From positions 1 to 26,036 of the forward strand of contig BTVV01000085.1 of NCBI GenBank assembly GCA_045863855.1: a stretch of 26,036 bases of DNA, in the 5' to 3' direction. A program made the position numbers and the translations under genes. Under the pieces are notes generated by a model. That model worked only from the letters and a program-made list of their open reading frames with translations. It made no database searches and was not told the origin of the DNA. This document shows, piece by piece, positions 1-8,800 of the stretch (positions within the stretch are counted from its first letter, which is position 1; the number at the start of each line of letters is the position of its first letter). Origin of the DNA: Planctomycetota bacterium. GTDB taxonomy: Bacteria; Planctomycetota; SZUA-567; H5-PLA8.

Positions 1-316
1 TGCCGTCGGCAAGCTTCACCTTCAGCGCGATCTCGGACGCTTCCATCGGCATGCCCTTCTCGGCGTGTCCATCCAGCACGTAGCACGTCAGCTTCCCCGA
101 GGCCTTATCCAGCACGAACTCCAAGTTCGCAAAGTGGTCACCCAGTTCCACCAGCATGCCGCCATGCGGGGGTTCGTGATGATGTCCATGATCATGCGCG
201 TGATCGTGCGCGTCGGTCTTGGCTGCCGTAGTGGTGGTCTTTGCGGCTTGGCCGCATCCATAAAACGCCAAAGCGGCCACCAGCACCATGCCCAAGCTCC
301 AACCATTCGAATTCAT
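1..316 (-). CDS. His-rich putative metal-binding lipoprotein (3'-partial, runs off window start)
   Basis: Not in the ORF track because there is no stop in the window. Manual translation from ATG 316, preceded by GAAAGGGA: MNSNGWSLGMVLVAALAFYG-CGQAAKTTTTAAKTDAHDHAHDHGHHHEPPHGGMLVELGDHFANLEFVLDKASGKLTCYVLDGHAEKG... Signal peptide with lipobox-like Cys, then a His tract. Lies 62 bp downstream of the permease, same strand. Confidence 0.8.
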   Translation of the reverse strand, partial: MNSNGWSLGMVLVAALAFYGCGQAAKTTTTAAKTDAHDHAHDHGHHHEPPHGGMLVELGDHFANLEFVLDKASGKLTCYVLDGHAEKGMPMEASEIALKVKLADG

Positions 317-378
317 CTTGTTTCCCTTTCTGCGTTGCATGACACGCACGTCACCATGAATCTTGGCACGGACGCACT

Positions 379-1638
379 CTAATTCGATGGCTGCAACCCT
401 GTCGCCACGTCCGTTCGATAGGCCTTCCACGCCGGCAAAATGCCCGCAAACGCGCCCAAAACAACCATGCCCAGCGGCGCGGCCCACAGCACCGGATGAT
501 ACTGCAGCGGCACAAGCACCACGCCGGTCTGCGCGCGAATCACGTGCGCCGCGACGGCCAGAATAGCCGCGTACACCGCGAAGCCCAGGATGCTGCCCAG
601 CAGCGCGATGGCCGCCGCTTCGCTCACGATGGCCGCGCTGACCGTACTCCGCCGCGCTCCCAGCGCGCGCAAGATCGCGAACTCCCGCCGCCGCTCGTTC
701 ATCGTATTGTACAGGCTGGCCAAGATCGAACCTGCCGCCACCAGCACCACCAGGTACGCCACCAGTTCCAGGATGCGCACCACCCAGCCCAGCTTATTGA
801 AGAGATCCGCCATCACCAGATCGATCGGCCACGCCAGCGTCGCCAGCGTGCCTTGACGATTAATCTTTTGCGCGAACGCGAAGCCCAGCGCCGGATCCTT
901 GAACTTGATCAGCACCGCGCTCACTTCCTTGGCCTCGTCGGGGATCGGCTTCCCGGCCTCGGCTATGTACTCCGTCCCGGTCCCGCGGATCACGTGCCCT
1001 TCCATCCGGAAGATCCCTTCGATCGGAATCCAGATTGCGCGATCCGACGGCGAGTTGGTAGGCTCCAGAATGCCTACTACCAGATAACGTTCGTTATGCT
1101 TCTTGGATTCGTCGAAGGTTAATCCGTGGTACGGGTGAAAATAGTCGCCTAACCGCAAGCCCGTAGATTGGGCGGCGAAGCTTCCCAACACGGCCTCGCG
1201 AGCGGCCGGATCGAAGGCGCGGCCTCCAGGCGCAAACGCGAAGGTCCGATCTTCCTGATATCGGAACTCCGAAAATATCTCCACCTCGGTCCCGACGATC
1301 CGAAAGCCGTGGTAGTTGTCGCCAACCGCGTAAGGAATCGCCAATTCGACCTGTGCATCCTTCTTCACCTCTTGATACAGCGTCCACGGAATGTTCCCTG
1401 GGCTCGTCTCTAGGTGAAAGACCGCATTAAGCACCAGCTGAAGCTGGCTGCCGCGCGCGCCAAGCACGGCGTCGAAGCCCGCCGGCCCGCCCGTAAACGC
1501 GTCGAACGTCTGCTTATTGAGTGCAAAGACCGCCATTACCAGCCCGCACGCCAGCGCAGTGCTCGCCACCGTCACGCTCGTCGATACCGCATGCTGACGC
1601 AAGCTGCGCGGCACGATCAGGAGCAGGCCTTGCCTCAC
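379..1638 (-). CDS. ABC transporter permease, MacB/FtsX-like
   Basis: N-terminal TM helix, large periplasmic domain (GARGSQLQLVLNAVFHL), C-terminal FtsX-like ERRREFAILRALGA followed by TM helices. Start moved to GTG 1638 (GTGA overlap with the ATPase stop, SD GGAGGG) instead of 1764. Confidence 0.9.
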   Translation of the reverse strand: MRQGLLLIVPRSLRQHAVSTSVTVASTALACGLVMAVFALNKQTFDAFTGGPAGFDAVLGARGSQLQLVLNAVFHLETSPGNIPWTLYQEVKKDAQVELAIPYAVGDNYHGFRIVGTEVEIFSEFRYQEDRTFAFAPGGRAFDPAAREAVLGSFAAQSTGLRLGDYFHPYHGLTFDESKKHNERYLVVGILEPTNSPSDRAIWIPIEGIFRMEGHVIRGTGTEYIAEAGKPIPDEAKEVSAVLIKFKDPALGFAFAQKINRQGTLATLAWPIDLVMADLFNKLGWVVRILELVAYLVVLVAAGSILASLYNTMNERRREFAILRALGARRSTVSAAIVSEAAAIALLGSILGFAVYAAILAVAAHVIRAQTGVVLVPLQYHPVLWAAPLGMVVLGAFAGILPAWKAYRTDVATGLQPSN

Positions 1639-2324
1639 GCGCCGCCCTCCGCCACGGGGCCGCGAGCCCGGTTGAGTTGCTCCAGATCTTCGACGCGATC
1701 GAACGCGCCCAACACCGCCGGATCGTGGCTGACCAGCAGCAGCGCCGCCTGCTGCTCGCGGCACGCCGAACGTATCAGCTCCAGCGCCTCCGCCGCGTGC
1801 CTGGGATCGAGGTTCCCCGTCGGTTCGTCGGCCAGCACCAGTTGGGGCCGGTTGGCCAGCGCTCGCGCCACCGCCACACGCTGCTGCTGCCCGACGCTCA
1901 GTTCGCGCGGCCGGTAATCCAGTCGTTCGCCCAGCCCCACCCGCTCCAGCAGTTTCCGCGCGAAGTCCGCATCGGCTCCGGGGCCGAACATCATCCCCAA
2001 CGCCACGTTCTCAAGCGCCGTATACCCTTGCAGCAGATTGAAGGTCTGGAAGATGTACCCGATGCGCCGCGCGCGAACGCGATCCCGAGCGCTTTCGCTT
2101 AACGCGGTCAGATTCTCATCGCCTACCCGGATCGTCCCGCCGTCGGGTGTCAGGATCCCCGCGATCAGGTTCAGCAGCGTCGTCTTTCCGCTTCCGCTGG
2201 TTCCGCGCAACGCAACCTGTTCGCCGGCCCCGATTTCGAAGCGTGAAATGTCGATGACGCTCTGCGTCTCGCCCGAAGGCGTGCGATAGCTCTTGCGCAG
2301 ATCTTGTAGCTCAAGGACGGGCAT
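1635..2324 (-). CDS. ABC transporter ATP-binding protein (LolD/MacB-like)
   Basis: Walker A GTSGSGKT, Q-loop FQTFNL, signature LSVGQQQR, Walker B/D-loop LADEPTGNLD, H-switch SHD. ATG 2324 is preceded by GGGAG. Confidence 0.93.
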   Translation of the reverse strand: MPVLELQDLRKSYRTPSGETQSVIDISRFEIGAGEQVALRGTSGSGKTTLLNLIAGILTPDGGTIRVGDENLTALSESARDRVRARRIGYIFQTFNLLQGYTALENVALGMMFGPGADADFARKLLERVGLGERLDYRPRELSVGQQQRVAVARALANRPQLVLADEPTGNLDPRHAAEALELIRSACREQQAALLLVSHDPAVLGAFDRVEDLEQLNRARGPVAEGGA

Positions 2325-2387
2325 GGCGCTCCCGGAATCGATCGGACGTTCCTCAAATAGACGCGCGAGGCTCACGCCCCTTGACCG

Positions 2388-2429
2388 TGATAGCGTCTTC
2401 TCAATAAGCGCAGCGCGAGCCGCCGTCAA
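2388..2429 (-). promoter_or_regulatory. Candidate sigma70 promoter of the ABC operon with an overlapping imperfect palindrome
   Basis: Minus strand TTGACG (2429-2424)-N17-TATTGA (2406-2401). Dyad TGATA-N6-TCTCA at 2388-2403 overlaps the -10/+1 region. Confidence 0.4.
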
Positions 2430-2474
2430 GCGGCAGAGCGCCGCGCGGCCCTTCACGCTAATCTTGGATCGCGC

Positions 2475-3593
2475 ATGAACGACGACGCTGGACACTCCTT
2501 GCTGGCCGCACTCTGGCGCGGTGAAGCGCCGCCCGAAGCGGACGCGCAAACCCTCGCCGAGGCTACGGGTTGGCTTGAATCCCATCGCCTGGCGCCGGTA
2601 GTTTTCGAAGCACTGCCCGAAGCGCACCCGCTGCGCGAAGCGCTACGCCCAGCGCGTCAGCAGGCCCTCGCCGCGCACCTGCAACGCCAAGCGTGGCTCG
2701 AACCGATCTTTCGAGATGCGCGCGAACGCGGTTTCCCGCTGGTGGGGTTTAAGGGATGGGGAGTCGCGCTCCTTTCAGGAGTGTACCCAGCGCCCGATTG
2801 CCGCCCGTTGGGCGATCTGGATCTATGGGTGCCCCGAGAACACCTCGAAGCCGCGGTAAGCCTCTTCCAAGCGCACGATTTCCGGCTCAAGCGCGACGAC
2901 CCCGCCATTCGCGATTACTACTTCAATGCCTCGTACGAAGTCCCGCTCGTGCATCCGCGCCACGGGCTCGTCGAGTTGCATTACGCCTATCATCGCGATT
3001 TGCCCGACGAAACGGCCGCCCGCATGCTCGCGCGGACTGCGCCACGGGCCGCATTCGGGACCGAAGTAGACGTTTTCGCGCCGCCCGATCTGCTCCTGCT
3101 CCTGGTCCAGCATTTCGCGATTCAGGTGGGCGAGCGCCCATGGCTCTGGCTCGAGGACCTACGCCGGCTGGGCGCGGCGCTTTCGGAGCACGAAGCCGCC
3201 GACTACGTGCGCGAGACCGAAACGGCCGGGCACGCGCTCTTTGCCTGCGCAAGCTGGTCGGCATTGGAGAGACTCTGGGGTCTGCGCGCGGACCTCTGGA
3301 CACCCGCCGCAGAAAACCGGATGCGGGCAAACCTAAGCGCCATCGAAAACGCCGCTCTTGGTACTTGGCTCGCCGAACTCCCCGGTGGTCGTCCCTCGGG
3401 CGACCGATTGACGCTTGCGCGCCGGCGATCCGGACGGCCCGTGCGAGCAGCCGCTTCGCGCTGGGCTTCGCTCTGGTGTCACCCCGGCGTCGTATGCCTC
3501 GAATGCAACGTTCGCTCCGACGCGCCGGGCTTCTGGAAACACCGCCTGAGCCACTTCGCCGGACGCTGTACGCGCCTCTGGCGCGCACTGTAA
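2475..3593 (+). CDS. Nucleotidyltransferase family protein (PF14907/NTP_transf_5-like)
   Basis: FKG...Y...RPLGDLDLWV motif, downstream VELH, and LLLLVQHFA...WLEDL helical segment, all typical of this family. Confidence 0.82.
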   Translation: MNDDAGHSLLAALWRGEAPPEADAQTLAEATGWLESHRLAPVVFEALPEAHPLREALRPARQQALAAHLQRQAWLEPIFRDARERGFPLVGFKGWGVALLSGVYPAPDCRPLGDLDLWVPREHLEAAVSLFQAHDFRLKRDDPAIRDYYFNASYEVPLVHPRHGLVELHYAYHRDLPDETAARMLARTAPRAAFGTEVDVFAPPDLLLLLVQHFAIQVGERPWLWLEDLRRLGAALSEHEAADYVRETETAGHALFACASWSALERLWGLRADLWTPAAENRMRANLSAIENAALGTWLAELPGGRPSGDRLTLARRRSGRPVRAAASRWASLWCHPGVVCLECNVRSDAPGFWKHRLSHFAGRCTRLWRAL

Positions 3594-3614
3594 CCAAGCC
3601 AATCAGGCTGCACT

Positions 3615-4586
3615 TCAAGTCACGTGCCGTTCGCGCCACTCGCTGGGCGAACAGCCTTTTTGCTTCCGAAACACAACACTGAAATACTGCGAACTGGAGA
3701 AACCCAGATCCAGCGCTGCCTCGGTGACACTCAGCGAGGGATCGCGCGCCATGCGCTGCGCCGCGACCTCCACTCGAGCGGCTGTTACGTACTCCAGCGG
3801 CGTCTGGCCGGTCTGCTCCTTGAACCGCACCGCGAAATGCGCCGGCGAAAGCCCGGCACGATCGGCCATCTCCTGCAGCGAAGGCGGATCCGCCAATCGC
3901 GAAGAGATCCAGAGCGTCCAGGCGCGCCAGCCCGCGTCCAATGGGCGGTTCCCGCCGCCGACCTCGTGCTTGGCGGGCGAAGTCCGCGCCGCATACAACC
4001 GCGCGGCGAAGACCAGCAACTCTACGAGCAGCGCCTGAACCATTAACAACCGCAGCCCGCGTGCCGCGAAATCGCCGGTGCATTCCGCGTCCAATTCCGC
4101 CAGCAGCCGCCTGTAGATTCGCTCGATCCCCTGCGCGCCGGGAATCACCTTCTGGTCCAGCGCCGAGAAGCCGCCCTCCAGCGCCGCGGCTTCGTCCACG
4201 GCCTGCGCGACATCCCGCGTTGGCGCATCGAGCGCCTTCAACTTCGGCACGCGGTCCATCAAAGGAAGCGCGGCCGGATCGAGCCCCACCACATAAAGGT
4301 GAAACGGATCGGCCGGATCGGTTCGGCCGCCGTGCACCTCGCCGGGCTTGGTGATGTAAAGGTCACCGGGTTGGAGCGGGTAGCTGCGTCCGCCGGCATG
4401 CCACTCGCCGCGACCCGCGTGGATATAGCAAAGCTCGTAAATCTCGTGCGTGTGAGGCGCCAGAAAATGCGCCGGCGCGCAGATCGCCTCGTGCACATGG
4501 GTCAGCGCCGGGAACTCCGGAAGCGGCCGTTCGTGCGCGTGGAAATGCGCCACCTGCGGCAAGTGAGGCCCGAAAAAGCGCGTCAT
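3615..4586 (-). CDS. AraC family transcriptional regulator (cupin sensor + double HTH)
   Basis: N-terminal cupin HTHEIYE...PGEVH. C-terminal SLQEMADRAGLSPAHF...F...TG..P..Y...R and SVTEAALDLGFSSSQYFSVVFRKQKGCSPSEWR. ATG 4586 preferred over 4670. Confidence 0.92.
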   Translation of the reverse strand: MTRFFGPHLPQVAHFHAHERPLPEFPALTHVHEAICAPAHFLAPHTHEIYELCYIHAGRGEWHAGGRSYPLQPGDLYITKPGEVHGGRTDPADPFHLYVVGLDPAALPLMDRVPKLKALDAPTRDVAQAVDEAAALEGGFSALDQKVIPGAQGIERIYRRLLAELDAECTGDFAARGLRLLMVQALLVELLVFAARLYAARTSPAKHEVGGGNRPLDAGWRAWTLWISSRLADPPSLQEMADRAGLSPAHFAVRFKEQTGQTPLEYVTAARVEVAAQRMARDPSLSVTEAALDLGFSSSQYFSVVFRKQKGCSPSEWRERHVT

Positions 4587-4595
4587 CGCGTGATC

Positions 4596-4622
4596 TCGAA
4601 CACGATTCGAACGAACTCGAAC
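4596..4622. promoter_or_regulatory. Three phased TCGAAC direct repeats in the AraC/PhyH divergent intergenic region
   Basis: TCGAAC at 4596, 4607 and 4617 (11 and 10 bp periods). Confidence 0.4.
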
Positions 4623-4701
4623 GCTGGACGGCGGCCGACCCGCGTACTCTATCCCCATCGAGAGCCGCAACGCAAACCCGGACTTTCAAGGAGCCTGCCC
4701 C

Positions 4702-5538
4702 ATGCACGCCGCCGCCGAGACCCTCGCCGAAACGACCTTATCCCAGACTCAGCTTACCGCGTGGCACGAGCGCGGCTTTCACGTGCACGGAAAGCTATTC
4801 GGCGATGAGGAACTGGAAGCGTTGCGCGCCGCGTGCGAGCGCGTCATCGACGGCGCGTACGATCCGGGCTCCGAGCCCGATGGGCGCTACTGGAAGCCCG
4901 GCGGCGATCCGTTGGGCGTCCGAAAGATCGACAACGCCTGGAAAGGCAGCCGGATCGTCGCGGCCGCCGTCACTAGCGAGCGGCTGGGGCGGATCGCCGC
5001 GCAGTTGCTCGACGCGCCCGGCATCCGGCTTTGGCACGACCAGATCGCTTATAAGCCTCCGGGCGGCGGGAAAGTCGTCACTTGGCACCAGGACTGGGGT
5101 TACTGGCAGGTGATCCGAGAATGCCAAACGGTGACCTGCTGGATCGCGCTGGACGACGTGACGCCGGATCAAGGCCCCATGGAATTCCTCGCCGGCAGCC
5201 ACAAGCTGGGGCTTTATCCGCTACCCAAGGGCTGTACCGGCGACGACGAACAGCGCCCCACGCTCCCGCCGGGTTTAAACTTGCCCTGCGTGCCGGTACT
5301 GCTCAAAGCCGGTGAAGTCAGCTTCCACCACGGCCTCACCTTCCACGGCAGCGGAAAGAACCTGAGCGCCCGCTGGCGCAAGGGACTGGTCTCGCACGTG
5401 ATGTCCAGCTCCTGCACCTACCGTTCTCACGAACGCGGCCATCCCAACGAGTCGTGGATGCGCAAGTACGCGGTCCATCCGCAACCGGGCGAAGCCTGGC
5501 ACGGCCCGCAATTCCCAATGCTGTGGCCACGGAACTGA
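4702..5538 (+). CDS. Phytanoyl-CoA dioxygenase (PhyH) family Fe(II)/2-oxoglutarate dioxygenase
   Basis: KPPGGG...WHQD, TCWIALDD...GPMEFLAGSH, FHHGLTFHGSG.N...R facial-triad motifs. SD AAGGAG. Confidence 0.93.
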   Translation: MHAAAETLAETTLSQTQLTAWHERGFHVHGKLFGDEELEALRAACERVIDGAYDPGSEPDGRYWKPGGDPLGVRKIDNAWKGSRIVAAAVTSERLGRIAAQLLDAPGIRLWHDQIAYKPPGGGKVVTWHQDWGYWQVIRECQTVTCWIALDDVTPDQGPMEFLAGSHKLGLYPLPKGCTGDDEQRPTLPPGLNLPCVPVLLKAGEVSFHHGLTFHGSGKNLSARWRKGLVSHVMSSSCTYRSHERGHPNESWMRKYAVHPQPGEAWHGPQFPMLWPRN

Positions 5539-5815
5539 GCCTGCTCGTGTTATGATTTGACCCCAATTACTTATAGTTCTGTGGCTTATTTGCTTTCCCC
5601 AGGTGCGGAACCAGCGCGCAATTACCGATGCTAAGTGCTTCGGCTTTTGCTCATCTTTACGCTTGAACCTGACGATCCCTGAGACAAGATATAGCCTTCC
5701 CGTGTGCAACTGGGGGGGCCGGGTCGCGGTACACCGACCGTTCCTCCTAAGTCTTTGCTGCACGTGGGGTTGACTCCACGGTGGGGGGGGACCCGCTGGG
5801 GGAGTGACGACTCGG

Positions 5816-8800
5816 ATGCACCTTAAGCGCCTCGAAGCGTTTGGCTTTAAGTCATTCGCTGACAAAATTGTCTTCGATTTCCAGCCGGGCTTCACGGGCA
5901 TCGTGGGGCCCAACGGCTGCGGTAAATCCAACGTCGTCGATTCCATCAAGTGGGTGCTGGGCGAGCAATCGGCCAAGAGCCTCCGCGGCGGCGAGATGCT
6001 CGACGTCATCTTCAACGGCTCCGCGCACCGCAAGCCGCTCAACTTCTGCGAAGTCACGCTCACCTTCGACAATGCCACGGGCAAGCTCCCGCTGAGCGCG
6101 CCCGAAGTCGCCGTCACGCGCCGCCTGTACCGCAGCGGTGAGAGCGAGTACCTGATCAACAAAGCGCTCTGCCGGCTCCGCGATGTCCGCGAGTTGTTCT
6201 GGGACACGGGCATCGGGACCAGCAGCTACAGCATCATCGAGCAGGGCCGCGTGGCGATGCTGCTGGAAGCCAACAGCAAAGAGCGCCGCTTCCTGTTCGA
6301 GGAAGCCGCGGGCATCCACAAATACAAAGAGCGCAAAAAAGTCGCGCTTCGCAAACTCGAACGCGTCGAGCAGAACCTCGCACGCCTCACCGACATTCTC
6401 AACGAAGTCGACCGCAACTTGAAGTCCGTCACCCGGCAGGCCCAGAAGGCCCGGCGTGCGAAGGAACTGGGCGACGCGCTGCGCAAGATCAAGCTCGAAC
6501 TGCTGCTGCACGAGTCGCATGTCGCGCAGACGGCGTTGCGCGAGCAGGACGGCGCGCTCTCCGGAGCGCAGGATTACGTCGTCTCGCTCAGCACCGAGCT
6601 GGCCCAGGCCCAGGCGAGCACCGCCGAAGAGCAGGAGACCATGAGCCGGCTCGACGAAGAGCTGGGCGTGGCGCAGCGCCAGTACTCCGACGCCAAGGCG
6701 TCTCTCGCGGCGCTGGAAGAAGCCTTGAAATCCGAACGCCGCGCGGCCGAAGAGATGCGCGTGGAAGCCGAGCGCGCGCGCCAAGCGGCACGCGAGGCCG
6801 GCGGCCGCGCCGCGGCGCTCGCCAGCGAACGCGAGAAGTGCGAATTCGATCTCGCCAACGCGCGCCAGTCGCTCGAAGAGAAGCAGGCCCTCAGCTTGAC
6901 GCTTTCCAACGACCTAGAAGACGCCCGCACCGCGCACGAGACGGTCAGTAAGCAGCTCGACGACGCGCGCAAGGCGTCGCTCGACGCCTTGGGCCGTCGC
7001 ACGCAGCTCCAGCAAACCCTCTCGCAAGCCGAAGCCGATATCGGCGGCATCGACTACCGCATCCGCAAGGCGCGCGCGGAGGTCACCAAGGCCGAAGACC
7101 TGATCCGTTTCGCGCAGCGTGAAGCCGAGGACGTGCGCTCGCGCGGCGAACAGATCCGCAAGCGCCGCGAAACGTTGGAGACCGAACAATCCGGCATCCG
7201 CGCCCTCCAGTTGCGGACCGAGGACGAAATCGACCGGCTCACCGAACTGGCCCAGGAAGAGCGCAACCGGCTCGAAAAGTGCCGCAGCCGCGTAGCCGTT
7301 CTGGAAGACCTGAACGAAAGCGGCGAAGGGCTGACCCCCGGCGCGCGCGCCGTGCGCACGACGCTGCGCGAGAGCGGCGTGGACGGCGGCGACCTGCACG
7401 GACTCGCGGCCGAATGCCTCCGCGTCTACGAGCACCTCGAAACGGCCATGGAAGCCGCGCTCGGGCCGAACATCGAAGCGCTGGTCGTCGGCGGCGCCGC
7501 CACGGCCGAAAGGCTCCTGGAACGCCTCCGCGCCGATGGCTTGGGCCGCGCCGTCTTCCTCGCGCTCGACCGCCTCAACGCCGGGCGCTTCGACCCGCTC
7601 TACCTTACCGGCCTGGACGAAACTGCCGTGGCCGCCGAAGGCTGCCTGGGACGCGCGGCCGACCTCGTCGCCGCCGAATCCGACGAGAACTATCGCCCCG
7701 TCGCCGAAGCTCTCTTAGGCGACGTGCTCGTCTTCGATTCCCTGGATCGAGCGCGCGAAGCGCACGAAAGCGATCCGCCCGGAAGCCGATGGCGCCGCGT
7801 GACCCTCGAAGGCGATCTATTCGAGCCCTCCGGCGCCTTCAGCGGCGGCAAGCACCGCTTCGACCGGCTGGGCCTGATCGGCCGGCGCAATGAGATTCAG
7901 CGCTTGGGCGTCGAGATGGAACGCCGCCGACAGGCGCTGGAAGCGTTGGCCGAGCAGAGCGCTTTCCTCGAAAAGCGCGCCCAGAAGCTCGCGCGCGACG
8001 ACGAACGGCTGAGCAGCAACCTTGCCGCGCTGGCCGCCACCGCTAACGAACTGAAGGGGCTCCTTTCCGCGATCCAGCGCGAGGAATCGCGATCGGCCGA
8101 AGAGAAAAAGGTGGCCGCCGACGAGATTCGCGAACTGGAGGCCGAGCGCACCGGACATGCGCGGCATATCGCGCAGCTTCGCCAGGACGTGGAGGTCGTC
8201 AAAGGCCAGGAGAACGAGGCTCACGCGCGCGCCGAGCGACTCAGCGCCGCGCAAGCCGAACGCGAAACACAAGTCTCCGAACGCCGCGGCGCGCTGGAGA
8301 TCTTGAAGCGCGAAGCGTCCACCCTGGACGAACGCGCCCAAGGCCTCGACCGCCACCTCCAGTCGCTCTCCGCACAGTTCGCCGAAAAGCGCGACGAAGC
8401 CGACCGCGAACGCTGCCGCGCCGATTCGCTCGACGCACGCCGCGAAGTGACCGAAACCATCGTGGCCGAAAAAGCGGCCGAGCAAGAGCAGTTGGGTGCC
8501 CAAACGACCGACCTCGAACTTCGCGCACGGCAACTGGGCGAAGAAAAGGAAAACGCGCGGCTGCGCTTCGAAGACGCCCGCGGGCGCGAGCGCGCCGTGA
8601 CCCAGCAACTCGACGAAGCCAAGAGCCAGGCCACGGACATCGAACGCCGCCGCATCGAACTACGCCTGCGCCTCGACCAAAAGCTCGAAGAAACCCGCCG
8701 CGAATTCGGACTCGAAGCCGAAGCCGAACTCGCCGCGCGAGGCGGCCCGCCCGAAGTCAACGAAGGGATGCGCGAAGAAGCCGCCGACTTGGCCGCGAAG

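Noticed and set aside
1639..2627. ORF-track N-terminal extensions (permease to 1764, ATPase to 2627, also 16399 - and 15897 +)
   Set aside because: The extensions overlap neighbouring genes. Downstream starts have SD sequences and match the family N-termini.
2475..5538. Lasso peptide/RiPP cluster built from nucleotidyltransferase + dioxygenase + ABC transporter
   Set aside because: No precursor, cyclase, RRE or peptidase, and the genes are in different transcription units.
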